The notes below the pieces were generated by a model, which searched no databases, was not told the origin of the DNA, and saw nothing but the letters and a program-made list of their open reading frames with translations. This document shows positions 40,156 through 51,699 of a DNA stretch of 64,000 bases, piece after piece (the first letter of the stretch is position 1; each line of letters begins with the position of its first letter). Location: assembly GCA_013239625.1 (NCBI GenBank), contig MU054323.1, positions 10,757,186 through 10,821,185 of the forward strand, in the 5' to 3' direction. The stretch comes from Lama guanicoe (lineage: Eukaryota). The position numbers were made by a program, and so were the translations under genes.

Positions 40156-40599
40156 TAAAAACATTTTCAAAACATCTCCAAGAGAAGGATTTCATACCTC
40201 ACTGTATTCTCAGGGCCCACCTGGCACATAACAGATTCCCAGCAACTTGAATGCTTTGTTTTAATAGAAACTCATTTATTTAAGAAACATTGACCAAGTG
40301 CCTACAACCAGTCATTTATAAAAGTGAACAAGATACATTCCCCAGCATCCCTCCACTGGCTCCTGAGAGCAATCCAGCTGGCCCAATTTAGCAAGTGCCT
40401 GGCTGGCAGCACCTCTGAGCTGGGTGCAGTAGTTTTCTCTTAGCCTGGGTTCTCTGAGGAAGAGGAGAAGGCAGAGGATGGGGGAGGTGGTTTTCTCAAA
40501 CCATCTATCTCCTGATGTTCATTTTTTTATTTAGCATTCTTTTCTATTTATTTCCTTTGCCAAATACACATACAACAGAGCATTCAAAGTTTTAGAGAA

Positions 40600-40685
40600 G
40601 GGGAGAGTATAGCTCAGTGGTAGAGTGCATGCTTAGCATGCATGAGGTCCTGGGTTCAATCTCCAGTATCTCCATTAAAATAAAT
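40600..40685 (+). mobile_element. tRNA-Ala-derived SINE, vic-1 type (camelid)
   Basis: GGGGAGAGTATAGCTCAGTGGTAGAGTGCATGCTTAGCATGCATGAGGTCCTGGGTTCAATCTCC; box A 40610-40620, box B 40653-40661; A-rich tail; 15-bp TSD at 40586-40600 and 40686-40700 with 2 mismatches. Confidence 0.88.
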
Positions 40686-40769
40686 AAAGTTTTACAGGAG
40701 ATGACTTTAGTGACAAGGAGAATTTAAACAAACCAAAGACAAAGACCCAGATCAAAGGTTAAAATGCAA

Positions 40770-41170
40770 CACAGTAATAGCTCACACTGGAAACTACCTA
40801 AATGTCCACCAACAGTAGAATGAAGAAATAAAGGGCAGTGCATTCACACCACATAACAGCATACAGCAATGAGAAGGACTAATCGACAACTACAGGCAAC
40901 AATATGGATGAGTCTCACAAGTGTAATGTCGGAATCCAGGAACAAAGAGTGCAAGAGGTCAAAAAGACGACAGTGATTCTATAAGGGAGGGATGTACCTG
41001 GAAGGGGAATGGTGGGGTGGAGGGAATTCAGGGTGCTGCCATGTCCTGTTTCTTGATCATGGTAGGGGTAATGAAGGTGTGTTCATTCAGGAAGATCCCT
41101 TACGCTACTAACTTAAGATCTGTGACCTTGTTTATGACTAACATATTTCAATAAAAAGAATTTAAAAACA
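40770..41170 (+). mobile_element. Ancient L1ME-like 3' end
   Basis: CTGGAAACTACCTAAATGTCCACCAACAGTAGAATG..ATGGATGAGTCTCACAA..TTTCAATAAAAA. Confidence 0.8.
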
Positions 41171-41929
41171 AGTGTGAAGCAGTGAACTATCAGGGATGCC
41201 CAAGAGAGTGGGAAAGAGACGGAAAAGAAATTCTCAGCGGCGACTGCAGAAAATGGCCCAGTTCCCTGCTTGAGGCCTCCCAGCAGTACCCTTGCCCACA
41301 ACCCCAAGGATGGCTTCATTTGGCATTAGGATAGATTAGGTTTTGCAGACAGATTGAGGGGGCTTCCTCTCCCTAACTCTGGTGACACAATTTGGTCTCA
41401 ACCTGCTCCTCCCAGCAAATTTTCCAGTACTTCCCTATGTGAACCGTGAACACCTGTCAAGGCTGTTCCCTCAGGATACAGAGAGATTCCTGTTAATCCC
41501 GATCCCTATACTTTCTCAGGTCTTCCTCCTCTGCCAGACCAAGCTTGTGCCCACCTCCTCCAGGAAGCCTTGTCTGACTGCCCCAGCACTTCTTTAACTT
41601 CCTAGTCTCTGGAATCCTGTCACAGTTAACCCTGGCCATTCAGAATTTAAAGTGAAGATGTCTGACAATCTTCACTGGGAGTTACGTGTGTACTTTTGTC
41701 TGTCTTCTCACTCAGGTTCTCAGTCATCTGAAAGCGAAGATCTATCTTTTTCTGTATACTTTATTGTGCCTAGCATAGTGCCAAACATATAATTAGTGGT
41801 GAATATATTTTCATGGATTGGCCTAACAGTTATATTGTGTCTTTTCCTGAATTAGAATGGAAGTTCTAATTAAGACAATTAACTGCCTTTTTGGATTGTA
41901 AGGAAATGTTTTAAAATTACAATAGCACA

Positions 41930-42572
41930 TTATTGACCAAAGAAAGCCCTTAGCTGCTCAAAACCCTTTAATGGCTCCCCACTGACCCAAGCATAACCGC
42001 AAAATCTTCCCCAAGTTTACAAGGCCTCTTCATCTGGCTACTCTGTCCATGCCCTTCTCTATTTGTTCTTCCTTTACTGCTACCACACTGGACTTCAATT
42101 TCTCAAAAGGACCAAGATCTCTCTTGTGCCAGGACCTTCCTCTGGAACAGCCTTCTTAACCTCTCCCCTTGGTCTGACCAAATTCTAATTCTTTCTCAGG
42201 TTTCACTAAGGTCATTTTCTCAGGAAGGCCTTCCCTGAATGCTTAGACCAGTGGTTCTCAGTCGTGGGTAGAGATCAAAATCTCCTGGGAGCCTTGTTAA
42301 AACACAAGCCCTTAGCCTTTCTGTTTCCTTAGGTTTGGGGTGGGACCTGGAAATTTGCATTTTTAACCAGTTCCCAGGTGATTCTATTGCTGGTCTGGGG
42401 ACCACACTTTCAGAACCACTGGTCAAGACTAAGTGCTCCACCCCTCCTTGTTATAGTCTCCAAGGACACCTCTTCTTGCCCCTTTTATGTCTGTACTTGT
42501 CATTATTTATTCAGTGTTTATCCTCCCCAACTATAACTTCCATGAGGGCAGGGAAGTGGCTGAATAAATGAA
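41930..42572 (+). mobile_element. L2 LINE relic interrupted by a MER5A
   Basis: CTGCTCAAAACCCTTTAATGGCTCCCCACTG..CTCAGGAAGGCCTTCCCTGA..CCATGAGGGCAGGGA. Confidence 0.75.
42249..42421. mobile_element. Complete MER5A-like MITE
   Basis: TIRs CAGTGGTTCT / AGAACCACTG; degenerate 8-bp flanks GCTTAGAC / GTCAAGAC consistent with a hAT TSD. Confidence 0.88.
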
Positions 42573-43504
42573 AACAGTTGATCTCCCAGAGAAGGACAGA
42601 GCAAGCCAAGACTCCTTCTATTCCTCAAATGGATCACCTGAGATTCGGATCCTCAGGGGATGTGCAGAAAAAGGGCAGACAAGCAGTAAGCAGGAGAATG
42701 AGAGCTAAAATCTGCACCGTCTCATGTTTCAGCCAAAGAGAACTTTTTCATTTTATTACTCTGTTCTGGCCATATCTGCCTATGGGGGAAGATAGAAAAC
42801 AGCAAAAAGTGTTATCAATGTTTCTCTTCCGTTCCCCTAGGTGCTTCCACAGGATTAAGAACTCCAGTCCATTATGTAGTGTTTATCGCATGACCTATGG
42901 AACAAAGTTTAATTACTTGGGGGGGACGGTACTAAGGTAGCTAAGGTAGCAATAGATCAATAATTGATACACCCTCTTACCTTTCCACAGGCATCACAGC
43001 CTTCCACCCAAGCAACAGTAAGACAGGCAGATGGGGTGTGTCAGTGCAGAGGCTGTGAACCTTTGTTTGCAGTGAAATCTATGTGGCTCCCTAACCCCTT
43101 CAGACTCAAAAATCAGGGGAACAGCTTCACCCACCATCACCCAGGCTCACCAAGACAGGTTTCCTCAGGTAGGCCAATGAGTATGACAGCGGCTGTCGAT
43201 ACATTCTGAAACATGGAGAAGGTCTCTCACACCATGGGACAGATCTCTCAAATCCTAGCTGTAGGAGAATTGGAGAAGCAGCCATCCCAGCAGAGATTTC
43301 CAACAATTCTGGAATTTTCCTCCCTAAGTACTCCCCCTGTCCTAGGTATCTCAGTTACAACTCCTGATGGTACACAACCTAATGGCTGTGTTTGATAGCT
43401 GTAACTGAAGAATCGCACAGAGAAAACTCATAAATTGGTGGTTGCTATTATTAGGTGCGAATATAAAGCAACCTTTACTGATTTAGGCTTTAAAACATCA
43501 GTTT

Positions 43505-44330
43505 GGTTGAGGACTTCCAAACTCATATCTCCAATTCAAACTCCTCCACAGCCTGTTTGATCTTTGTTTAGAGATTTCACAGACCTCTCAAATCCAACAT
43601 GTTCAGAGCTGAACTTTTTGTTTCTCCTCACAAACCCATCTTCCCCAGCTTAGTAAATGACACCATGATTCTTCCTATTATTTAAACCAAAAACCCAGGC
43701 CTCATTCTTAATTTTTGACCATCTCTACTGGATGCCCAGGCTATCCCAAGTCCTGTTGCTTCTGACTCCAAACAGTATCTCAGAGTCACCCATCAAGTCT
43801 CCCCACTTGAACCATGCCAGTCCAGCTGCCATTACCTCCTACCTAGACTGGTCCAGCAGTCTCTCAACCAGCCTCCCAGCTTCCACTTCCGCACTCCTCC
43901 CCATTCATTCTCCATGCAGCCGTCTGAGCAGTCTTCTTAACATATGAGGCGGATCATGCCATTCTCTCACTTACAGCTCTTCAAAGGCTCGCCATCCATC
44001 ATACTTGGAATAAAATCAAAACTCATTCCTACGGCCTGAAGATCAGGCAGGATCAGACCCTGCCTGGCTTCCCAGCCTCTCCGATTCTCCTTCCTCCTTT
44101 GGTTCTCTCCTTGCTTGGGGCTCATCTTTTAGACTTGCCAGGCCTCTCCCTGCCTCCCAGTCATTGTATTTACTGTTCTCTCCACCAGGAATGTTCTCCT
44201 CTTAACTCCCACCCGCCACCCACCCTGCACAGGTTGGCTTTCTCATCCTTCATAAATCAGTTTGTCACATCCTCAGAGCCTTCACTATCCACACGATCTA
44301 TATTAACACTCCCTGGGCTTTATTTATTTT
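43505..44330 (+). mobile_element. L2 LINE relic
   Basis: CTCAAATCCAACATGTTCAGAGCTGAACT, AAAACCCAGG, GATCATGCCATTCTC..CTTCAAAGGCT motifs. Confidence 0.8.
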
Positions 44331-44609
44331 TCATGGATTAATATCATTTACTTAGCCAGCCACTGTTAGACATTTAGGTTGTTTCCAACTTTAGATTAAC
44401 AACTCTGGGGTTAAACATCTTTGTAATTAAATCTTTGCATATCCCATGATTATTTTCTTAGAATAAAGTCCTAATACTTGCATACATTTATTTTATTCAA
44501 CATACACTGATTTACCACTTCCTCTGTACCAGGCAATATCCTATATGCTTTAATAACATGAGTGCACTGATGTGTGTCACATTTTTTTGCAGTTAAATAC
44601 ACTAGTTTG

Positions 44610-44803
44610 TTTATGTATTTATTTTACTGTGCTAAGAACACTTCACATGAGCTCTTACCAAAATTTTCAGTGTATAATACAGCATTGCTAACTACAAGCA
44701 CACTGTTGTACTGCAGATCTGTAGAACTTACTCATCTTGCATAACTGAACATTTATACCCATTGAACAGCAACTTTCCATCTCCCTCTTCCCCAGCCCCT
44801 AGC
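44610..44803 (-). mobile_element. L1MA9/10-like 3' end
   Basis: TTCAGTGTATAATACAGCATTGCTAACTA..GCAGATCTGTAGAACTTACTCATCTTGCATAACTGAA. Confidence 0.8.
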
Positions 44804-44829
44804 ATGTTCTCTTTTATAACTGTGTTCTA

Positions 44830-45042
44830 TTCCATGCCCTGTAACACATTTTATAATTATATATAGTTTTATCTGTAACTTTTATTTTTTTGGGGGTTTG
44901 TCTTCTCAATTAGACTGTGAGATCTTGGAGGTCGGAACACCCTGCCTTATTTTCCACTGTAAACAATGTAATCCATTGTAATCCTGGTACATGGCATGGG
45001 CCTGGCACACAGAGGGGCTCAATAAATATTTACCAGATGAAC
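44830..45042 (+). mobile_element. L2 LINE 3' end
   Basis: TAGACTGTGAG..GGGCCTGGCACACAGAGGGGCTCAATAAATATTT. Confidence 0.8.
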
Positions 45043-45984
45043 CAGTGAAGGAGCAGGCACCATGGCCCTTCACATACATTATCCTACTGAATCTTCAAAT
45101 TTGCCCTATAATGATGTTACCATTAGCTCCTTTCCACACTTGAACACACCAAGGCTCGCAAGGTTAAGAGACACACCTGAGTCAGTCTGAGTCTTGGGCT
45201 CACACTGCACAGTGCTGTGCCTAGATGCAGAAGTGACCTATCTCTTTATGCAGTGCCATCCTCATTTATTGAGAACAACACTGGAAGAATTATCCCTTTC
45301 TTCCTTCTACCAAGAGACTGCTGCCTCACACAGCTGGAAAATGGAAATGTAAAGATGAGAATCTTGATTAACAGGCTCATATATAACCTTTTATTAATTG
45401 GTCAATATTCAAGGACTACATCCTTGAACTTTAGGAAAAATTAACAGAAGAGCTCCTAAAAATTAATTAGTAGGAATCAATATGCTGACAAAAGTCTCCC
45501 TGCTTCCCTTAAATAAGTGGTTACAGGAATTTACAAGTCCTGGTTCTCGCTTTAGAGCCACCACATCAGAGAGGACTGGAGTGATAGAGGCCCTGCCTAT
45601 TTTGTACGGCAATGGCTTTACAGTTCCTAGAACGGTCCTGATTAAGACTAGCCTGTTTAGTCTTCCCAACTCTTCAATTATTTAGTTGTTTATTTCTCTG
45701 TAATTTGCTATGTGTATAGAATCATCAAATTTTAAAACCAAAAAATACCCTAAAGATTATGTTTTGTTTCTTTAATGTGTGACCCTATTAATTAAGATGA
45801 CATTAATTTGAAATTCATGACAATTACATAAACATCAAGTGAGAGGTATTGTGACTCCTTCTAGCTAAAATATACATATTCTCTTTACTGATATGCTGTC
45901 TCATCCCAAAAAAGATGAAGTGACTGCCTGTTTAATGTACTGAGCTTCTCTGATGGAGGAAGGGGAAAAACAAATGACGTGGAA

Positions 45985-46235
45985 TTGCAGGTTAGGACTC
46001 TTTCCTCTGGTGTCAGAAAAATCTGAGGTTAAATTTTGGCTCTACCATTTTCCAGCTATGTGACCTTGGGCAAGTGAGTTAACCCAGCCCCAGTCCTCTC
46101 ATCTGTAGAGCAGGAAACAATAATAGCACTATTATCATAGGATTGCTGTGAGAAGTAAAATAAATATGGCATGCGACATGCTCAGTACAGTATCTAGCAC
46201 ATAGTAAGTGCTCAGTAAATTACTAGAACTACTAT
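45985..46235 (+). mobile_element. Near full-length MIR SINE
   Basis: AGCTATGTGACCTTGGGCAAGT..CATAGGATTGCTGTGAG..GCACATAGTAAGTGCTCAGTAAAT. Confidence 0.9.
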
Positions 46236-46259
46236 TAGTAATCTAAGTCATCATAGAGA

Positions 46260-46440
46260 GAACACCTGTTATATCCCAGGCATTTTATATACAGCACCTC
46301 ACTTATTTCTCATCTCACCTTCTGAAATGGGTTTTACATGTGAAGAAACAGTCTGAGAGTAAGTTAGCAATTTGCTCAAGGTCACCAGTTAGTAGGTGCA
46401 GAATAGCTATTTGAACCCAGATCAATGTTACTCTACCATC
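46260..46440 (-). mobile_element. MIR SINE
   Basis: TTTACATGTGAAGAAAC..TTGCTCAAGGTCAC..ATTTGAACCCAG. Confidence 0.8.
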
Positions 46441-47366
46441 AGGCTACTTTCACCAAATCACACCTTCATGGAAACACTCACACCTAAGTGGGTAAAGGAG
46501 AACTGTAGTGTCATCTTTTTGCCCTTGTGCACAAAAAGGCTGAAGGTATGAGCAGTGCCACACTGAGGGGACAGGGGTTTCAATTTGCAAAGAAGCATCA
46601 TAGGTGGAGGGACCTGTATCCCTCCTGAGGACACACAGATAGGACTCACTCGAAGGAAGAATGTCTAACAAGTGAAGTTTCTGAGTTAGATGGAGTGCTG
46701 AATTAGAAATAAGGTGACCTCACAGTCTTTTCTGCCTCTAGGACTCTGTAGTAAGTCAGACCATGGTTCTTAGTTTTACATTTTAGTTAAGTCATCTTAA
46801 TTGTCCTTGTATAACTGTGTGTGCTGGTAGAGGACTTTCAGCATACAAAATGGCAATTACAGGACCCTGACTGAAAGGAAGAAAACATCTGGAAGGGGCA
46901 GATGTGCATCTCTGTGGAATTAGAAGTGGACTCAAAATTATTTACCTTACTTATAAATTACCCAGAGTATGTATGTGCAATACACTTTCAGATTTTGCAG
47001 GTGACAACAAGTTTTTACGGATATTGTTGAATGCGCAAACTGATAATAAAAAGCCACAAGCTCCTATCAGACTATGTGAATGCGTAGAGGAAAGGAGCAG
47101 AGGTGTTTTCTCAAACTTACAGAATTCAGAGTTCTCAGTTAAGACCCACAGAATTCACCTGGGAGTCTTTCCCAGATTAGACCCCAAAGGCTTCCACATA
47201 ATGTGTTTCTATAGCCAAAAATGTAGGGAAAGGAAAAAAGGAAGAAGGAAAATAAAAACTAAACAGAAGATTCCATTTTGACTATTTCAAATCATAAGTC
47301 ACTGTTGGGCTGTGGCTGAGTGTGGTTCTGATCCCTGCTGCTTTAGAAAGCAAAAAATTCACAGGC

Positions 47367-48704
47367 GAAAGGAGAAGCAAGATGGCAGAGTATAAGGACT
47401 CTCGTAGTTCACCCTCTCCCACAAATACACCAAAACTCACATCTACGGACCCACTCAGCCAACCAGAGCACCTGCCGAACTCCAACACAACACCGCCCTC
47501 TTCGAAAGACAAAGATGCCTAAAATCTGGTAGAAGAAAAGGAAAAAAGAAAGAAGAAAAAGCAAAACTGTGTGGGACCGATACCGTGGGGAAGGAGTGGC
47601 AAAGGAGGACTGGCATTCGTTCACTGGGTCTCCCCTCTCCAACAGAGAGGCCAGAGGGATGGAAGGGGAGCCTCTGAGGCTCAAATCTGCCCCGAGTACC
47701 CTTTGACCAACAGAACTGAGTTAAATGGGCACAAAGGGTCCCCGTGACACCCAGCCCAAGACACGAGCCAGCAGCTGGGGCCGGGACAGGCCACTCAAGC
47801 TGAGTGGAGGGCTGTGGCGGCTGAGCTGAGGCAGCCCTGGGAGACTGAAGGGGGCTGCTCACGGTGGATGGGAGGGGATACGAAGCAGAACAACCTCAGT
47901 CCCTCATAAATTGCAAAAAAAAGCAAAGCAACACAGCTGGTGTGCCCTGGAGGGACGGGCACCATAGCCTTTGTCTCCTCAGACCTGCGCCACCATTACT
48001 GGCGCTTCTCGTGAGAAGAGAGGCAAGATGGGGCACAGCCGCAGCTGCCATCTCCTCCTGTGCAAAGCACCCAGGTGGGGCCGGGGCCAAGCCCTAAATC
48101 CACACTCGGGGGCTCTGCAACCTCCTGGGCAGGACTGAGACTTGTTTATAGCCCGAGGCAGATAGGATTTTTCTGTCCTGGTCCCTCAGAGAACTCGCGC
48201 CACCAAGACAAACAAAGAGCTGAGATTTCACACGGAGCAGGGGCAGGGCCATTCCACAGTCTGCCCCGAGCTCACCTTCGGAGCGCTGACCTGAGGCGGA
48301 GCGGACAGCTGCACAGAGCAGCAGAGTGACCTGTGCTGGAAGAGGGTGGGCAGCCACCCGCCTTCCTGGCAGGAATGCAGCACCTGACCATGGTGCTGGG
48401 AGGGGGTGTGACCTGCACACCTGCCTCCCCACAGGCGCAGCATCTGACTGTGGCATCGGGAAGGGGAGTGACTCACCCGCCCACTGGGTTAAGAGCTCAG
48501 CTTCTGACCCAGTGTTAGGAGGGGGCACGATCTGCTAGCCAACAGCCATTGGGAGCAGCACCAACAGAGGGCCTCTGGAAATAGCAAGCTGAGTTCGTGA
48601 AACAGGGTGAAGACACAAAGACCTTTCAATAAAATCATTAAGAGCACACCATCTCCAGGAGAACTAGATAACTGATACTCCTTAAGCCACAGTGCCACAG
48701 AGAT
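47367..48704 (+). promoter_or_regulatory. L1 5'UTR internal promoter with YY1-type motif
   Basis: CAAGATGGC at 47378-47386, the usual position near an L1 5' end; visibly the most GC- and CpG-rich stretch in the window. Activity unknown. Confidence 0.7.
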
Positions 48705-49608
48705 ATGAGCAATATGAAGAAGCAGAGGAACCACTCCCAATTAAAAGAGCAAGAGAAATCCCCTGAAAGCACGATCAAGGAAATAGACACTGATGGCCTA
48801 CTAGATCAAGATTTCAATAAAGGACTGATCAAAGTACTGAAGGAACTAAAAGAAATAGTGTTTAGAGATATAAAATACGTCAAAAATGAAATAGAAGCTA
48901 TAAAGAAGAACCAAGTAGAATTAGTAAACTCACTTGCTGAGATGAGACCTGACCTAAAGGCTGTACAAAGCAGGCTAGATAATGCAGAGGAACGAATAAG
49001 TGACCTAGAAGACAGGACAACAGAAAGCTCCCAATCAGAAGAGCTGAGAGAAAAACAAATAAAAACAAATGAAAACAATATAAGGGACCTATGGGATAAT
49101 ATAAAGCATGCCAATCTACGCATAATAGGGGTTCCAGAAGGGGAAGGAAGAACAAAGGGGATTGAAAAGGTATTTGAAGAAATCATGACTGAAAACTTCC
49201 CAAACCTAAAGAAGGAATCAGATATCCAAGTACAGGAGGCTCAGAGGGTCCCAAACAGGAAGAACCCAAACAGACCCACACCAAGACATATCATAATCAA
49301 GATGGCCAGAGTCAAGGATAAAGAAATGATCCTAAAGGCAGCAAGAGAAAAACAAAGAGTGAGTTACAAGGGAACCCCCATAAGGCTCTCAGCTGATTTC
49401 TCTACACAAACACTACAGGCCAGAAAGGAATGGCAAGATATATTCAAAGTCCTGAATGAAAAAAGGACGCAGCCTAGAATACTCTATCCAGCAAGTCTAT
49501 CCTTTAGAATACAAGGAGAGATAAAGAATTTCACAGACAAGCAAAAACTAAAAAGAGTTTAGCATCACCAAACCCATGCTAAAAGAAATATTGACAAGTC
49601 TACTCTAA
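48705..49608 (+). pseudogene. L1 ORF1p (coiled-coil/RRM/CTD RNA-binding protein) with one +1 frameshift near the C-terminus
   Basis: Motifs NLRIIGVPEGE, ENFPNL, PRHIIIK, ILKAAREK, ILYPA; removing one A from 49550-49554 restores ..KLKEFSITKPMLKEILTSLL* (300 aa). Confidence 0.93.
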
Positions 49609-50736
49609 ACAGAAAAGAAGCAGGATGCTACAAAAATGAGAAACTCACAACTGGAAAGGAGACAGCTGCCATGAATTACAAAAAGAATACACACAAAATT
49701 GTAAAAGAAGACATCTAAATCATTAAGAGTGGGAGAGGGAAGCAAGGAAAGCCACTGTGGAAAACAGTATGGAGATTCCTCAAAAGACTAGGAATAGACT
49801 TACCACATGACCCAGGAATCCCACTCCTGGGCATATATTCAGAAGGAACCCTACTTCAAAATGACACCTGCACCCCAATGTTCATAGAAGCATTATTTAC
49901 AATAGCCAAGATATGGAAGCAGCCTAGATGTCCATCAATAGATGACTGAATAAAGAAGATGTGGTATATTTATATGATGGAATACTATTCAGCCACAAAA
50001 ACCGACAACATAATGCCTTTTGCAACAACATGGATGTTCCTGGAGAATGTCATTCTAAGTGAAGTAAGCCAGAAAGAGAAAGAAAAATACCATATGAGAT
50101 CGCTTATATGAGGAATCAAAAAAAAACCATAAATACAAAGCAGAAACAGACTCATAGACATAGAATACAAACTTGTGGTTGCCAAGGGGGTGGGAAAGGA
50201 CAGACTGGGATTTTAAAATGCAGAATAGATAAACAAGATTATACTGTATAGCACAGGGAAAACTATACAAGATCTTGTGGTAGCTCATAGCAAAAAAAAA
50301 AATGTGACAATGAATATATATATATTCATGTATAACTGGAAAATTGTGCTCTACACTAGAATTTGACACAACATTGTAAAATGACTACTACTCAAAAAAA
50401 TGTAAAAAAAAAATTCACAGGCAAGGAACTAGAGAACAGTTTAAACAATCAAAGAGACACCGAGGTTGCTCTAAAATTATTGGGATTCTTCAGTCCATAG
50501 GTGAGAGCACCAAGTAAGATATGAGTGATGTCTACAAAATCACTAATTATAAGAATATGAAGAACACTGGAGAAGCTGAAGTCAGAAGTACATTTTGAAA
50601 AGTAAGTGGAAACATTCTCTAATTAAAGTGAACAAAACCCCATGAAATTATTACTCCCAAGATGCAGAATTGGCTGAAGGAATAAATGGTTCAGTTCAAC
50701 AAATACCATTGAGGATTAGAACTAGGAATGCTAACA

Positions 50737-51170
50737 TTTTTTTAATTAAACATTTTATCTTGAGGTAAATGCAGATTCACATGCAGTTGTAAGAAATAAT
50801 GAGAGAACCTGTTGTGTACCTTTTACCCTGTCTCCCTCAAGGTAGTATCTTGCATAACTAACAACAGCACAACCGGATACTGATAACAACACTGTCCAGC
50901 AATCTTAGTCAGATTTCTCCATTTTTATTTGTACTTGTGTGTGATGTACGTGTGTGTGTGTTTAGTTCTATGCAGTTTTATCAAATGTGTTAGGTCCTAT
51001 ATCCACTACCACCAGTCAAGGTACAGAACATTTCTACCACGAGGATCTCTTGCATTGCCCTTTTATAACCACACCCACCTCCCATCTGCCCCATCCACAA
51101 CACCCACTAATCTGTTCTCCAGCTCTATAATTTTGTCATTTCAATTATGTTATATAAGTGGAATCATAGG
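50737..51170 (-). mobile_element. Ancient L1MC-like 3'UTR
   Basis: T-run then AGATTCACATGCAGTTGTAAGAAATAAT..CCACTAATCTGTTCTCC..TTATATAAGTGGAATCATA. Confidence 0.85.
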
Positions 51171-51699
51171 AGCTCTAACATTTTATGGATAACAGCATCT
51201 AATTAAGGATGAGGAACATCTCCTGAGGTAATAATTGAGACCCAAAAGTTGAACTAACCCTTTCACAAAGTTATCTCTTATGTGCAAACAGTGGGCTACA
51301 CAGAAAATGGGTCTGATGCAAGTTGAACTTTCAGACATTCACAGGAAATGGGCACTATGTCTTCTTTAACAACTTGAGCGGGTAGGGTGGAATGCAGAGG
51401 GGCCATGTTCCCCTAAAGGGGCCATGCACTGGGGACAGCACCCCCTGTAGATGAAAAGAGGCGTGACAAGAAAATGCAGTGTCTGGCAGGTCAGGTAGAG
51501 ACAGCATTTATTCTGCAAATGGTCAGGTCTGGGATGGGAGTCAGACTGGACATGAAAGAAAGACTTTGGAGCTGAAGTTGACCTCTGTTCTCACTTGAAA
51601 ACCAGACCTATGCATAAGTGATGTGTGTAAAGAAGGTCGCAAGCCGCTGAAGTTGTTTTCAACGACTTCAAAACATTGGCTTCACCCATATATGTTAAA

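Larger units (their letters stand above)
47367..50407 (+). mobile_element. Internally deleted young LINE-1: 5'UTR, ORF1, spacer, ORF2 tail, 3'UTR, poly(A) (3041 bp)
   Basis: Perfect 15-bp TSD AAAAAATTCACAGGC at 47352-47366 and 50408-50422; GC-rich 5'UTR; ORF1; jump at 49750-49751 to sequence matching 12667 onward in the other L1 copy. Confidence 0.96.

Noticed and set aside
40600..40675. Functional tRNA-Ala gene
   Set aside because: It has an A-rich tail and TSD, no T-run terminator and substitutions in the stems; it is a SINE
47282..48740. Cluster of overlapping ORFs in the L1 5'UTR (possible ORF0-like)
   Set aside because: Expected in GC-rich, stop-poor sequence; no homology I can support
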